From Mobula hypostoma (taxonomy: Eukaryota), in contig NC_086097.1 of assembly GCF_963921235.1 (NCBI RefSeq), positions 204,602,001 to 204,666,000 of the forward strand: 64,000 nt of DNA, read 5' to 3'. Of this stretch, positions 34,749-48,274 are shown piece after piece (position 1 is the first letter of the stretch; the number at the start of each line of letters is the position of its first letter). Both the position numbers and the translations under genes were made by a program. The notes under the pieces are model-generated. The model was not told where the DNA came from, did no database searches, and saw nothing but the letters and a program-made list of their open reading frames with translations.

Positions 34749-35717
34749 CCTCACCTACCACCCCATCAGCCACCGTGTCCAACACATAATTCTCCGAAAC
34801 TTCTGCCACCTCCGATGGGATCCCATCACCAAGCACATCTTTCCCTCCCCCCCCCCCACTTCCTGCTTTCCAGAGGGATCGCTCCCTACGTGACTCCCTT
34901 GTTTATTCATCCCTCCCCACTGATCTCCCTTCTGGAACATCCTTGCAAGTGGATCAGGTGCAACACCTGCCCCTTCACTATAACCCTTAATACTACCCAG
35001 GGCCCTAAAGAGTCCTCCCAGGTGAGGCGACACTTCAACTGTGAGTCTGTTGGGGTCATTTACTGTGTTTGGTGCTTCTGGTGTGGCCTCCTGTACATCG
35101 GTGAGACCCAACGTAGATTGGGAGACCGAGCATCTACACTCCATCCGCCAGAACAAGCAGGATCTCCCAGAGGCCACCCATTTTAATTCCACTTCTCATT
35201 CCCATTCCAATATGTCCATCCATGGCCTCTTCCACTGTTGTGATGAGGTGACACTTAGGTTGAAGGAACAACACCTTATGTTCTTTTTGGGTTTCCTCCA
35301 ACCTGATGACATGAACATCAATTTCTCAAACTTCTGGTAATGCCCCCCAATGGCCTCCAACACACACTCCCTTCTCTTCTATTTCCCATCCCCTTTTCCC
35401 TCTCTCACCTCATCCACTTGCCCACTTATCGCCTCCCTCTGGTGCTCCTTCCCCCTTTTTCTTTCTTCCATGGCCTTCTGTCTCTTTCACCAATCAACTT
35501 CCCAGCTCTTTACTTCTTTCCCCACCTCCAAGTTTTAACTATCACCTAGTGGTTCTCTCTCCCCACCTCTTAAATCTACTCCTCAGCTTTTTTTCTCCAG
35601 TCCTGCTGAAATGTGGACGGCACGATGTTCCATAGATGCCGGCTGGCCTGCTGAGTTCCTCCAGCATTTTGTGAGTGTTGCTCGGATTTGCAGCATCTGC
35701 AGATTTTCTCTTGTTTG
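34749..35717 (+). mobile_element. Neptune-like PLE 3' portion (GIY-YIG pseudogene and terminus; hammerhead partly deleted)
   Basis: LTYHP..CKWIRCNTC..FNCESVGVIYCVWCFWCGLLYIGET..HFNSTSHSHSNMSIHGL..EQHL..LQPDDMNINFSNF; imperfect 14-bp TSD TCAAAAGCATTCCT / TCAAAAAAATTCCT (34738-34751, 35718-35731). Confidence 0.88.
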
Positions 35718-36689
35718 TCAAAAAAATTCCTTTTGTTTTGTCTAACAAGGTGAAACATAACTGGAAAGAGCAGCAGCTTCCTTGGAGACAGGCACAGCCA
35801 CATTACTGTAGGTACACAGAGGAACAATATATGACATCGTTGTGCGTTTATTGCTGAGGCCATGCCAACATTGGTGTTGAAGTGATGGAAGATGACAGAT
35901 TTCTCCTAATCCATCTATCTCTCACATCCCACTACCCTCTCTTCCAACAATCTTTGCTGATATGTATGGTACAGACAGTTTAATTACATTAAACTATCTC
36001 TTAATTGCATCCTTTTTCTGTCACAATTCTAACCTTCTAACAGATATACCAATGCTTTATTTTACCCTTGTAGCAAACAACTCTGAAACTGACCCTCTGT
36101 ATAATTTGATATTAAAATTTTGTGTGATGAAATGCGAAATATTTAGACTAACATCTGAAATGTTGGTGTCACAAATTCTGCTCTGACAAGCTCACCTCTG
36201 TTAAAATATGTTCTGTAAATGAAAGGATGTTTTGATAGGATTAATGGAAAACGGATGTGTGGGGGCTGAATTTAGCCGTAAGTCCAGCGTTGGACAGATG
36301 GGCTCTGAACCACGATTTAACTGTATATTAAACAACAGTATGAACAGAAAATTGAGTAAAAGAAATGCATTACGTGAAATCACCTGTCAACCAATGCAGG
36401 AATATTTTAATTATAGAGCACTTATGCTTTGTATTAAAGTAATTACGCTGCTTCACACTTGTCATTGCTTAAAAAAAACTATGCAGGATAAATGTCAATG
36501 TGCAGTGAACTAATCAAATTGTATTCAATGCAAACTAAGTGCACTGCTTTCACTGGCAGTCAGCTAAACTTCACGGTAACATTGATGAAACTAAACATAC
36601 GTGATCGTTCTGTGGGTTACCTATGTGGACAGAGAACAATTGGTGTGCAATCAGCAGTTCAAGGTCACCTTGGGCTTCTGGTTGTAATA

Positions 36690-37345
36690 TCATTTCAACT
36701 CCCCTCCCCATACCCACATCAACCTGTCTGTCCTTTTCCACTGCCAGTCTGAGGCTAAATGCAAACTAGAAGAACAACACCCCTTGGGTAGCTTACAACC
36801 CATGGCACGGACACTGAACTTTCCAATTTCAGGCACCTACACCCTGCCTGGTCGCATTCTACTTCCACCACTTCATCTAAGTTCTCTTTCCCTTTGTACA
36901 TCTTCCCCCTCTCCACACTCCCCCTACCCTACGCACTGACATGCCCCCTCACTGCCTCTGATACATTGATTCACCTTGTTCCATCTGCCCATTACCCACA
37001 CATACATCCAAATGGATTTCTTCTCCCTTGCTCTACCCTTCCTGTTCCCTTGCCACCTGGTTTCATCTGCCCATCCTCACTCCCGAGTATGTCTCTAGTT
37101 GTTTCCTCCAGCTTCTCTTTCTCCACCTGCTCTCTCCCCGCTTGGCTCTATCTGACCATTATCCCCCAGCTCATCCGATTCTACTAATCACCAACCAGCC
37201 TTTGTTTCACCCATCTCTCTCACCTCAGTGTCTAAGTGAAACATCAACCATCCTGTAGCCTTTGTAGATGCTACTTGACCTGCAGAGTTCTCTAGCAGTT
37301 TATCTTTACTCCAGATTTTAGCATCTGTAGTCTCTTGTGTCTTTG
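36690..37345 (+). mobile_element. Older Neptune-like PLE 3' fragment
   Basis: catttcaactcc..aaactagaagaacaacacc..ttacaacc (HFNS..KLEEQH..LQP); pyrimidine tract; terminus gatgctacttgacctgcagagttctctagcag. Confidence 0.7.
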
Positions 37346-37827
37346 CTTCAGTATAACTTGATGGTTCTCTGGCAATGAGTGAATGATTGTCTTCTGTCTT
37401 TTTTTTATATATATTTGTCATTTTCCCTGATTTGATTTAAACAGCATACACAGGAAACTGCTGGCCTGTTTGTCTTTGATATCCTGCTGTCAATCTGCCT
37501 TGGGCACCATCACAATAATACTCATATTTTAGCTTAAGTATGATTGAAAACTATCAAAAATGATTAATGCATTAGGTTGAATTACCTTGAATAATTCTAC
37601 TTTAGTGCTCTTTTGCAATATAATTTGTATCACCCATCCTATTTCACAATGTATTTTCTGCATTTGTTTTTTTTATTAAAACATAATGAAAGTTTTGGTG
37701 AAAATATGAAATCTACTTCCTCAAAAACTTGCTGCATTCAATTTGTAGCTGGCTGAGCTGCAAATTATTCACCGGGAAATCATGTGGGTGTGAGTGGTAT
37801 TATGGTGACAGACTTGGAGTTGTATTG

Positions 37828-38215
37828 TCATAGACCACTACAGCATAGAAACAGGCCCCTAGTCCACACCAAACTGTTATTTTGCCTAGTCCCATCAACC
37901 GTACCTGGTCCACAGCCCTCCATAGCCCTGCCCTCTATGTATTTATCCAAACTTCTCTTCAATGGTTCCGGCCCGAAACGTCGACCGATCTTTTCCACAG
38001 ATGCTGCCCGACCTGCTGAGTTCCTCCAGTGTGTTGTGAGTGTTACTTGCATGGGTAGCTCCTTCCACACTCACACTAGCCTCTCAGTGAAAAGTTCCCC
38101 TGAAGTATTTCAGCTTTCATCCTTAACTTACCAAAGGGTTTCTTTTTCTCGTCTCACCAAACCTCAAGCGAATAAGTCTCTTTGCATTTACCCTATCTAT
38201 ACCCCTCATAGTTAG
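37828..38215 (-). mobile_element. CR1 3' remnant with a nested plus-strand PLE terminus fragment (~37963-38045)
   Basis: catagaccactacagcatagaaacaggccc tail; nested cggcccgaaacgtcgacc..gctgagttcctccag. Confidence 0.65.
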
Positions 38216-39739
38216 CATGCAAAATGAGATAAGGCCGGGAATGTTGATCTACCACAATGCTACATGGTTTAGTGAACTCCTTTAAAAAACATAGTTCATC
38301 ATTTTTACTCATCTACAGTCCACAGGAGATTCATTATCACTTTGAGGAAGGTGTACGAATAGAGCAGAAAATTACTTCAAGCGAGAATGATGTTGCTTTA
38401 CACATAAATGAAACAAAAGTATTTGCAAATCAATTAAATGCAATAGTTAGGACAAGGAGCTTCCACTAACAGGAGGAGAGAGTGAGTTTATTGATAATTT
38501 GTGACTCTGTGAATGGTGGGATGGGAGATCAGGCAGAATGGGAGTCCTAATTAAAGCTGTTACACAGTTTATGGGTTTTTCACTCTAATGGTCTGCCTGT
38601 CATACACCCCAAATCTGTTTCAATGTGCACACATGTGCACATACCCTTCTGAACAATGGGACAGTACTGAAGAAAAGATGGCCATTTTTAGTTCTTCAGA
38701 TAATCTCAGATGAAGAAGCCAAGTTCAGATCGGTTTCAGATTAATTTACTTATGACATGTACATCAAAACATGCAATGAAATGTGTCATTTGTGTTAACA
38801 ACCACCCCAAATTAAAGATGGCTGGGGGCAACACATAAGCAAACCAAAACACCAACAGCAGCAAGATCAATCCAGCAATAGCAAGAATAATCAACAACCA
38901 ACTATTAAAATATGAAATCAACTGACTAATAAGGAAATTCAAAGCATCTGTATTTTAATCATATTCAGATTTTAGCATGCTTGGAATTATAATTTTCATG
39001 CATGCCAGCTGCAACTATTTTATGTTTCTGCACAACATTTCAAAATCTGATGGTAAATATTTTGCATTATATTTTGAGAATCATCATTGCCATCTTGTAA
39101 ATTGAATTTGCTCTAATTTTACTCACCATAAAATTGCCTCTCATGCTCAGCACATACTGTATAGGATAGATAATTTGGGGAGCAACTGTTTGCCGTGCAT
39201 AGTATGTGGTAGAAACCACGATACATGAAATTAGACTTTACTCTGAGTTAGAAACTAAATCTGTGCTCTTCACATGCCTCAGGGATGCATTGACTGGCCA
39301 TAGTGATCAGTTCTCAATTCAATCCTTTGGACATATTTATCCAAATATTTATATTAATTTCTCTATACCTCAGCAGCATGTGTATGAATTCCTATACCTT
39401 ACATTCACTCTCAATTATAACTTTGCTTACCTTCAGCATTCTTGACAGGTTAGGCCCAGAATTTCATGTCTGCTCACATGCTATTCACTACAGCAACTTC
39501 ATCCAAACCTTTTAAATGTTTAAAAATGTTTCCAACACACAAGACGTGCCTGGGACATCAGCATATTTCAGTGTGCTTTGATTTGAATGTGATCACTGCA
39601 GTTGAATGATCATCATGAAGATGATTAAAGAAATGATCTACATGGAGTGCGAGTAGGCAAATTGCCCAGAAATGAGACAACAGTTTTTTTCATTAGAGCT
39701 TAAATTTCAGTCAACTTCAGTAGAGATTCTGCAGAAGGT

Positions 39740-39871
39740 CCTGCTGAAGGGTCTTGGCCTGAAATGTCGACTGTACTCCTTTCCACAGATGCAGCTAGGC
39801 CTGTTGAGTTTCTCCAGCATTTTGTGTGCATTGGTTGGATTTCCAGCATCTGTAGGTTCTCTCTTGTTTGT
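39740..39871 (+). mobile_element. 132-bp PLE mini-insertion running from the hammerhead motif to the tail
   Basis: CUGCUGA A GGGUCUUGGCCU GAAA UGUC GACUG, then the full terminus; imperfect 15-bp TSD GATTCTGCAGAAGGT / GATTCGACAGAAGGT. Confidence 0.75.
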
Positions 39872-41639
39872 GATTCGACAGAAGGTAATTGATTCACATT
39901 TGAAAGCTAGGCTACCGCAAATCCACTGTAGCCTTTTCACATGGAAACTATGCAAAATGAAACACTAAACCCACTAAAATCAGTCATCTTGCAACCAATG
40001 ATAATGCTATATATTAGAGCATTTTAGTACTGTAGGAAATGCTCTTGACTGACAAATGACTTTGGTGATGTATCAGGCATATTTTGAAGATGCCATTATT
40101 GCAGTGGAATGAGAAATGTTTTTATGTTGTACTGTTTTCATGATTGCTACATTCATTTTCTGGTAATTGTGAATTACCATTTTTTTAAAAGCATTCAGAT
40201 TATTTAGTTATTGTTTATTTATGTTTTCTTAGTACAAGATTATTTCATTTACATCCAAGTCAGGTTTCTGAACCCTCCAAAATGGTGGGATTAGTATCAA
40301 AGCATTTCTTTAATCTCACATAATCTGAGAGTGATAAATGTAATCTATCTCTTCTTGCTCTTTTAGCACAACTTTTTTCTGCCATCTTCCTTTAAAGCCC
40401 CTTCATCTGTCTTATTGTGAGGGACTGCACTGACTCATCACTGTTACCTATTTTGACTTATCCAGAGAATCACCTGTATGGCACCTGGCCCTTTTCCTGC
40501 TCCAGTTCTCCAGTGTCCCCTGCTTTTGCTATTTTTGAGAATTTCTCACCTGTTTATTGAGCTTCAGCGGTATTCAAATACAGAAGGATTACTGTTGTTT
40601 GCAGAGCATGGCACTGCAGTTCTATCTTATCCATTTTTTGTGTCTTGTATACTGTTTCTAAATCTTCTTGCACTTTGTTCTCCCTCATTCTGACTATATA
40701 CAGCCAAGATCATTTAAAACTGTGCTCCCTTATTCTAACACTGAACAAATGCGTGTTTACTGCACAGAGAGAGAGAGAGATTTGCTTCTTCACTCTGTTG
40801 GTAGAACCGAGTTGAGCAATCCCACCTGCGATATTTCTCCACTCTTTCCCAAGGTCCTGCCAAGTATTTTGTTTTCTACTGTCTATCCAACTCCTTTTCA
40901 AAGATCTGATTGACTTTATTTCCACAAGCCCTACCATCTGTGATTATAATTAATTGCTGTAGAAAAATAGTTCATCTCATATTCCCCTTGCTTCCTGTGC
41001 CACTGACCTTAGAACAGTCTACTAATGCAAAGGACTTCCCTATGAATTCTGCCTAAACCCGTCAGGACCCTACACACCTCTATTAAATCTTCCCTCTGCT
41101 TTTGCTGTAAAAAGAAAAAATCCAGTTCCTCTATCCTAACCCTACTGCTGCCATCAATTATTCCTGGAACTTCTCCAGCAGAACTATTTTGTATCCTCTC
41201 TGGAACCTACCATTTTTCTTTCAATTAAATAGTATTTATTGAATACAAGTCAGGTGTTTTCCTTCCTCAATTCAAATATATGCTGAACATTATTCCCCTT
41301 GCAGGTTCTGTTAGACTCTAATTGTTGCTTTTTGCTTATAACGCTCATCATTTGCTTGGACATAAGTTGAGCTTCGAAACCCTCTTTGAAATGGCCCTGT
41401 TCAGTGGAAGGAAAACCTGATACAAATTGATGAGGTTATGTTGTGATGGGATATTAGAGCTTGTGGAAAATAAAATACCTCTGCAAAATTTCTGAAGCAG
41501 CTTTATCACCTTGCTTTAATACCTACCAAAGCTCTCAAAAACATTGCTTCCGAATGCCAAAGCTATTTAAAAATGTTCAAAGTGATTAAAATATTAATAA
41601 CCAAGCAATGAAAAAATCCCAGAAGTCCTGTATGGTGGT

Positions 41640-43150
41640 GGACAATGGAAAAAAAAGAATCCAACCATGTCCCTGTCATCCAGGGCTCAGCATGCAAGTC
41701 CAAAAGAAAAGGCTGAAGCATTCATAACCACGGTCAGCCACATGGCAGAAGGGTGATCCATCTGGGTTCGTCTTCGGATTCACAGTATCACAATGTCTGA
41801 ACAATTCAATTAACTCTGTGTAACATCAGGAAACAGCTGAGAGCACAGGCTATATCACTGGGCAACATCCCTCCTGTGATGCTGAAGACATGTGTTCCAG
41901 AACTAGTTGCTTCTCTAAACAAGTTGCCCCAAATGCAATTTTCATACTGTCATCTGCTCAACAATGTGAACAATTGCCAATGTAAACAATGTGCCTGTCA
42001 GAGTACAATCATCCCATTGCAATGACATTTCTCCAGCAGCTCCTCGGAGCAGTGTTCCAGGTCAAACTACAGTATCTTCAACAAAGACTTTCCTTTTCGT
42101 ATCAGTTTTGAAAGTGGGGACTTTGCTAATGATTGTACAATGCTCAATTCCATTTATAACTCCTCAGCAAGTAAAGATGTCCATGCCACCACAGGTGTGG
42201 ACAATCTTCTCTACGAGTTGGTAACAGTTGTGGCTTGTAACAACCATCTCCAAAAAGAGTCTAATGATCATTCCTTGACATGAAAAAGGGTAGCAAATAC
42301 TGTACTCAATGCACAGAGTATAAAAAATAAAGTAGATGATCTAATTGAAGTACAGTTAAGTAATTCCAGAAAATGTGTATATAAAAATTGTACTTTTACT
42401 TAAAAGTACTTTAAACAACTAGAAAAGTGAACATTAAGAATACCGAATCATATGTCTGATCAATATTTGCAAAAACAAATGAATGAGCTCTTTTCATCAA
42501 CATTTCTAGCATTATGCCAAGGATTCAATGGAATACGTCAGGCATTAGATTACTTCAATGTTATTTTTAAATTGTTAAAATGCATTAAAATGCAAGTTAT
42601 TCTTTGAATGTTGCTGATAATGCACATTTATTCTCCATTCCTAAGTGCTCTTGAGAATGAGCTGATGAGCTGATTCCTTGAACCATTGCAGTCCATTAGT
42701 GAAGGTACATACTCCATCATTGCAGCTGAGTAGGAACTGTAGGATTTAGATCCAGGCACAATGAATAACCAGCAATGTGTTTCCGGTGGTGTGTGACATG
42801 AGAGGAGCCTGCGGTGGTGGTACTCCCATGCAACTACTGCTTTTTGTCCCATTTGGAGACAGATTTGGGAGCTGGAATTCAATAGCCTGGATAAGTAAAA
42901 TCTCTATTGTACGTGGATAAGAAGTTCATACTACAGCCAGTGTGGGCTCAATGTAAAAGTACTGAATAGTTATGTGGTGGTAGAATTGTTAGTCAAGTAG
43001 GCTGCCCTGCTCTGAATGGTTTTGAGCTTTACATGAATCCTTGAAGCTGTACACATCCTGCTAAGAAGAGTGTATGCCATAGAACTCTTGACTTGTGATG
43101 TGTAAGTATGTGGTATATCATGAATTAAGTCACTCACCACAAGTTTCCAA
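41640..43150. mobile_element. Highly degenerate old LINE fragments (plus ~41640-42290, minus ~42620-43150)
   Basis: Weak RT-like remnants (aaggctgaagcattc, gtgttccaggtc, tttgctaatgattg); family not resolved. Confidence 0.4.
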
Positions 43151-43189
43151 AATGGCTGGTCTATTGGGTTTCTGGTCAATAATCCCTAA

Positions 43190-44480
43190 TGCACTGATAG
43201 TCACCCTGCTGGCTACAAGTTTGTCCTATCATTTGCCTGCCCTTCCTGACAGTCTGACTGCATGCTATCTTTGCTTTTTTTACCATCCGTCCTATCCAGG
43301 GTCTCTTCACTCTGATTTCCATCCCCCTGCCAAATTAAATTAAACCCTCCCCAACAGCTTGAACAAACCTGCCTGTGAGAATATTGGCCCCCCTCAGGTT
43401 CAGGTGCAACCCATCACTTTTGAACAGATCATACCTCCCCCGGAAGAGATCCCAATGATCGAAGCCCTGCCTCCTGCATCAGCTTCTCAGTGATGCATTT
43501 ATCTGCCAAATCATCCTGTTTCTAACCTCACTGGCGCGTGGCACAAGTAGCAATCCAGAAATTACTGCCCTGGAGGTCCTGCTTCTCAGCTTTCTGCCTA
43601 GATCTCTACATTCTCTTTTCAGGACTTCTTTGCTTTTCCTTCTTAAGGCATTGGTACCAATATGAACCAAGACAACTGTCTGCTCTCCTTCCCTCTCCAA
43701 AATCCTGTGGACGCCATCTGAGATGTCCCTGACCCTGGCACCCAGGAGGCAACATACCATCCAGGTGTCTGATTCACATCCACATAATCTCCTGTCCATT
43801 CCTCTGACTATTGAGTACCCTATCACTACCGCTCCTCTCTTTTTCCACTTTCCCTTCTGCCACATGGACCCACACTCAGTGCCAGTAAACTGGTCTCCAT
43901 GGCATTCCCGAGAGGTCGTTCCCCACAGCAGTATCCGAAAAGGTATACATATTATTGAAAGGAATGGCCACAGGGGTGCTCTGCATTAACTGTCTATTCA
44001 CATTTCCATTTCTCCTGACAGACACCCAGCTACTCACCTCCTGTAACTTAGGGGTGACTACTTCCCTGTAACTCTGATCGATTATCTCCTCACTCTCCTG
44101 TACAGTCCAAAGGCCATCCAGTTGCTGTTCCAGATCCCTAACGCGATCTTCAAGGAGCTGCAGCTGGATGCACTTCCTGCAGATGTAGTTCCCTGGGAGA
44201 CTCTGGGTCTCCCAGGACTCCTGGCATGAAGAACATACAACAGCCATTTACTACCCTAAGTACAGTGGGAACCTTAATGGAAACTTACATAGAGCCAACA
44301 ACTCTTTTGAGTTGACATTCCTACTCTTACCACTGGCCAGCTTCCTACAACAGCCACCCTGTTTGTCCCTTCTGTACTTTTATTCAATTCACTGTGCTCT
44401 GCTCCCGCCACTGACTGGGTTGCCGGAATGAGCCCAAACGGCCACGAAACTCTCCTTTTAAACAAGCATCCTGCCAATGT
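43190..44480 (-). mobile_element. CR1 5' end with ORF1 pseudogene (Cys finger, coiled coil, SGNH esterase)
   Basis: MAVVCSSC..YICRKCIQLQLLEDRVRDLEQQL (43876-44247) and VVIGYSIVRG..CCLLGARVRD..VHIGTN..ISGLL (43479-43865). Confidence 0.88.
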
Positions 44481-44564
44481 TAGCATGGAATTTCTAATCG
44501 TAATTAAGATAAAATTGAGATTTTTTTTTAAAGTCAACAATTCCTAAATGATTTGCATATATTT

Positions 44565-47500
44565 AAGACCATAGGGCAAAAAGATATAAGCAAAATTAGG
44601 CCATTCAGCCCACTGAGGATGCTCTGCCATTTAATTATGACTGATTTATTTTCCCTCTCAACCCCATTCACCTGCTTTCTCCCTATAACCTTTGCCACCT
44701 TTACTAATCAAAACCTATCAATTTCTGCTTTAAATAAAAATGCAGACTTGGCTTTCACAGCCATCTGTGGCAATAAGTTCCACAGATTCACCACCTCCGG
44801 CTAAAGAAATTCCTCCTCATCTCTGTTCTAATTGGACATCCCTCTAATCTGAGGATGTACCCTCTGGTCCTAGCATCTCCCATTATTGAAAACATCCTTT
44901 GCACATTCACTCGATCTAGGCCTTTTAATATTCAGAAGATGTCAATGAGATCCCTCCACCCGACCCCCCATTCTTCTAAACTCAAGTAAGTACAGGCCCA
45001 GAGCCATCAAATGTTCCTCATACGTTAGCACTTTCATTCCTGGGGTCATTCTTGTAAGCCTCCCCTGGACCTTCTCAAAAGTCAGCACATCCGTTCTGAG
45101 ATATGGGGCCCAAAGCTGTTCACAATTCTCCAAATGTGGTCTGACAAGTGCCTTATGAATCCTCAGCATTACTTTATACTTTATTGTCGCCAAACAATTG
45201 ATACTAGAACGTACAATCATCATAGCGATATTTGATTCTGCATTTCCCACTCCCTGGATTACAAATTGATAGTAAATATTAAAAATTTAAATTATAAATC
45301 ATAAATAAAAAATAGAAAAATATAAAGTAAGGTAGTGCAAAAAAAAAACAAAATGCAGATGCATTATATTCTTGCTGTTATATTTTAGTCCTCTTGAAAT
45401 GAACTATAACGTTGCACTTGTCTTCGCTATTACTGCTCTTGTACTCCCAAGACCCTATGCACCTCCAATTTCTGAAATTTATCCCCCATTTAGGAAAGAG
45501 TCTATGCCTTTATTCCTTATACCAAAGCACATCACCATACACTATATCCATTCTGCCACTTCTTTGGCCATTCTTCCAATTTGTCCAAGTCCTCTTGCAG
45601 ATACCGTGCTTCTTCGACACTGCCTGTCCCTCCATCTATCTTTGTATCATTCGCAAATTTGGCCACAAAGCCATTACTTCCGTGATCCAGATTGATAATG
45701 TGAAAAATAGTAGACTCAACACTGACCCCTGCGGAACACCACTAATCACCGCCAGCCAACCAGAAAAGGCCCCCTTCATTCCCCTTTTTGCCTTCTGTCA
45801 GTCAACCAATTTTCTATCCATGCCAGTATCTTTCCTGTAATACCATGGGTTCTTAGGTTGTGCAGCCCTTGTCAAAGGCCTTCTGAAAATCCAGGTAAAG
45901 AACATCAACAGACCCTTCTTTCCCTGTTCTGCCTGTTGCTTCCTCAAAGAATTGCAACAGGTTTTACAAGCAATACTTCGTAAGGAAACCATGCTGACTT
46001 TGGCTTATTTTATCATATACTTCCAGGCACCGCAAAACCTCATCCTTGGTAATGGACTCCAGCATCTTGCCAACAACTGAAGTCAGGCTAACTAGCCTAC
46101 AATTCTCATCTTTCCTGTCCCTTTCTTCTTAAAGAACAGAGTGGTATTTACAACTTTAAGTTGTCTGGAAACATTATAGAATCTAGTGATTCTTGAAAGA
46201 TCATACAGTTGCCTCCACAATCTCTTCAGCTACCTCTTTCAGAAACCTATAGTCATAGTTATACTTTATTGATGCTGGGGTAACTGGTTTTTGTTACAGT
46301 TGCACCATAAATAATAAATAGTAATAGATCCATAAATAGTTCAATAGTAATATGGAAATTATGCCAGTAAATTATGAAATAAGTCCAGGACCAGCCTATT
46401 TGCTCAGGGTGTCTGACCCTCCAAGGGTGGAGTTGTAAAGTTTGATGGCCACAGGCAGGAATGACTTCCTATGACGCTCTGTGTTGCATCTCGGTGGAAT
46501 GAGTCTCTGGCTGAATGTACTCCTGTACCCAGCCAATACATTATGTAGTGGATGGGAGACATTGACCAAGACGGCTTGCAACTTAGACAGCATCCTCTTT
46601 TCAGACACCACCGTGAGAGAGTCCAGTTCCATCCCCACAACATCACTGGCCTTACCAAATGAGTTTTTTGATTCTGTTGGTGTCTGCTACCTTCAGCCTG
46701 CTGCCCCAGCACACAACAGCAAACATGATAGCACTGGCCACCACAGACTCGTAGAACATCCTCAGCATCGTCCAGCACATGTTAAAGGACCTCAGTCTCC
46801 TCAGGAAATAGAGACGGCTCTGACCCTTCTTGGAGACAGTCTCAGTGTTCTTTAACCAGTCCAGTTTATTGTCAGTTCGTATCCCCAGGTACTTGTAATC
46901 TTCCAGCATGTCCACACTGAACCCCTGGATGGAAACAGGGGTCACTGGTACCTTAACTCTCCTCAGGTCTACCACCAGCTCCTTAGTCTTTTTTACATTA
47001 AGCTGCAGATAATTCTGCTCACACCATGTGATAAAGTTTCCTACCATAGCCTCAGTACTCAGCCTCATCTCCCTTGCTGATGCATCCAACTATGGCAGAG
47101 TCATCCAAAAACTTCTGAAGATGGCAAGACTCTGTGCAGTAGTTGAAGTCCGAGGTGTAAATGGTGAAGAGAAAGGGAGACAAGACAGTCCCCTGTGGAG
47201 CCCCAGTGCTGCTGATCACTCTGTCGGACACACAGAGTTGCAAGCACACGTAGTGTGGTCTGTCAGTCAGGTAATCAAGAATCCATGATACCAGGGAAGC
47301 ATCCACCTGCATCGCTGTCAGCTTCTCCCCCAGCAGAGCAGGACGGATGGTGTTAAACGCACTGGAGAAGTCAAAAAGCATGACCCTCACAGTGCTCGCT
47401 GGCTTGTCCAGGGGGCACTGGGGTGTATTCCATCTGGTCAAGATGACTGATCTACTTTCAGAACTAAGAGCTTCTCTTCCAAGAACCTTCTCCTAAGTAA

Positions 47501-47580
47501 TAGCAACTATACTCACTTTTGTCTCCTGAGTCTCTCAAATTTCTGACATACTGCTGGTATTGTCCATAGTGAAGACTGAA
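44565..47580 (-). mobile_element. Degenerate CR1 RT and 3' part, interrupted at ~45170-45365 and 46248-47415
   Basis: aagaccatag tail; VRPHLENCEQLWAPYL; GVPQGSV; resumes at 47420-47580 (catctggtc..agtgaagactga). Confidence 0.75.
46248..47415 (-). mobile_element. Rex1-like LINE, 5'-truncated
   Basis: VRVMLFDFSSAFNTI, GAPQGTVLSPFLFTIYTSDF, KFLDDSAIVG, LNVKKTKELVVD, RLYFLRRLRSF, RKSFLPVAIKLYN; (ATAGTC)-type tail. Confidence 0.85.
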
Positions 47581-47626
47581 TCAAGTTGATAGTGTTGTTA
47601 GAAGGTGTATGGTGTGGGGGTACTTA

Positions 47627-48249
47627 CCAGGGGTGATTGATAAGTTTGTGGCCTAAGGTAGAAGGAGTCAATTTTAGAAAGACTCGCACATTTATTTGTC
47701 AACATAGTCCCCTCCTACACGTACACACTTAGTCCAGTGGTCATGGAGCACACAGATCCCTTCTTTGTAGAAGTGGTCCACAGCAGGGGTGATTGATAAG
47801 TTTGTGCCCCAAGGTAGAAGGAGATGAGTTATTAACTTCAAACTTTCTGCATTACCACTCAAAGAGTTGAACTGTATGTGCATGTAATGAGAGCGTCTTG
47901 GACCTCCAGGTGGTCCACAGCAGGGATGATTGATAAGTTTGTGGCCTATGGTAGGAGGAGATGAGTTATACAGCTCTCATTACATGCACGTGCAGTTTAA
48001 CTGTTTGAGTGAAAATGCAGAAAGTTTGAAGTTTATAACTCATCTCCTTCTACCTTAGGCCACAAACTTATCAATCACCCCCGCTGTGGAGCACTCCTGG
48101 AGGTCCAAGACACCGACTTCTACAAAGAAGGGATCCGTATGTTCCACAACCACTGGACTAAGTGTGTAAATGTAGGAAAAATGTGCTAGGTTTTCTAAAA
48201 TTGACTCTGTCTACCTTAGACCACGAACTTATCAATCCATCACCCCTCG
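47627..48249. mobile_element. Mariner-derived palindromic MITE
   Basis: TA flanks at 47625-6 and 48250-1; termini CCAGGGGTGATTGATAAG.. / ..CTTATCAATCCATCACCCCTCG; mariner C-terminal peptide FYKEGI..HWTKCV.VGGDYVDK next to the ends. Confidence 0.85.
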
Positions 48250-48274
48250 TACTAGTTTGGGAATTAAATTCAAG

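Noticed and set aside
35597..35622. Hammerhead in the PLE at 34749-35717
   Set aside because: Stem II and part of the core are deleted (agtcctgctgaaatgtggac); not functional.
40540..40680. Strong minus-strand donor CAG|GTGAGA
   Set aside because: All three frames have stops shortly upstream, so it is not a coding exon.
47627..48249. CRISPR-like repeat array
   Set aside because: The repeats are mariner TIRs in mixed orientation with homologous spacers, in a eukaryotic context with no cas genes.
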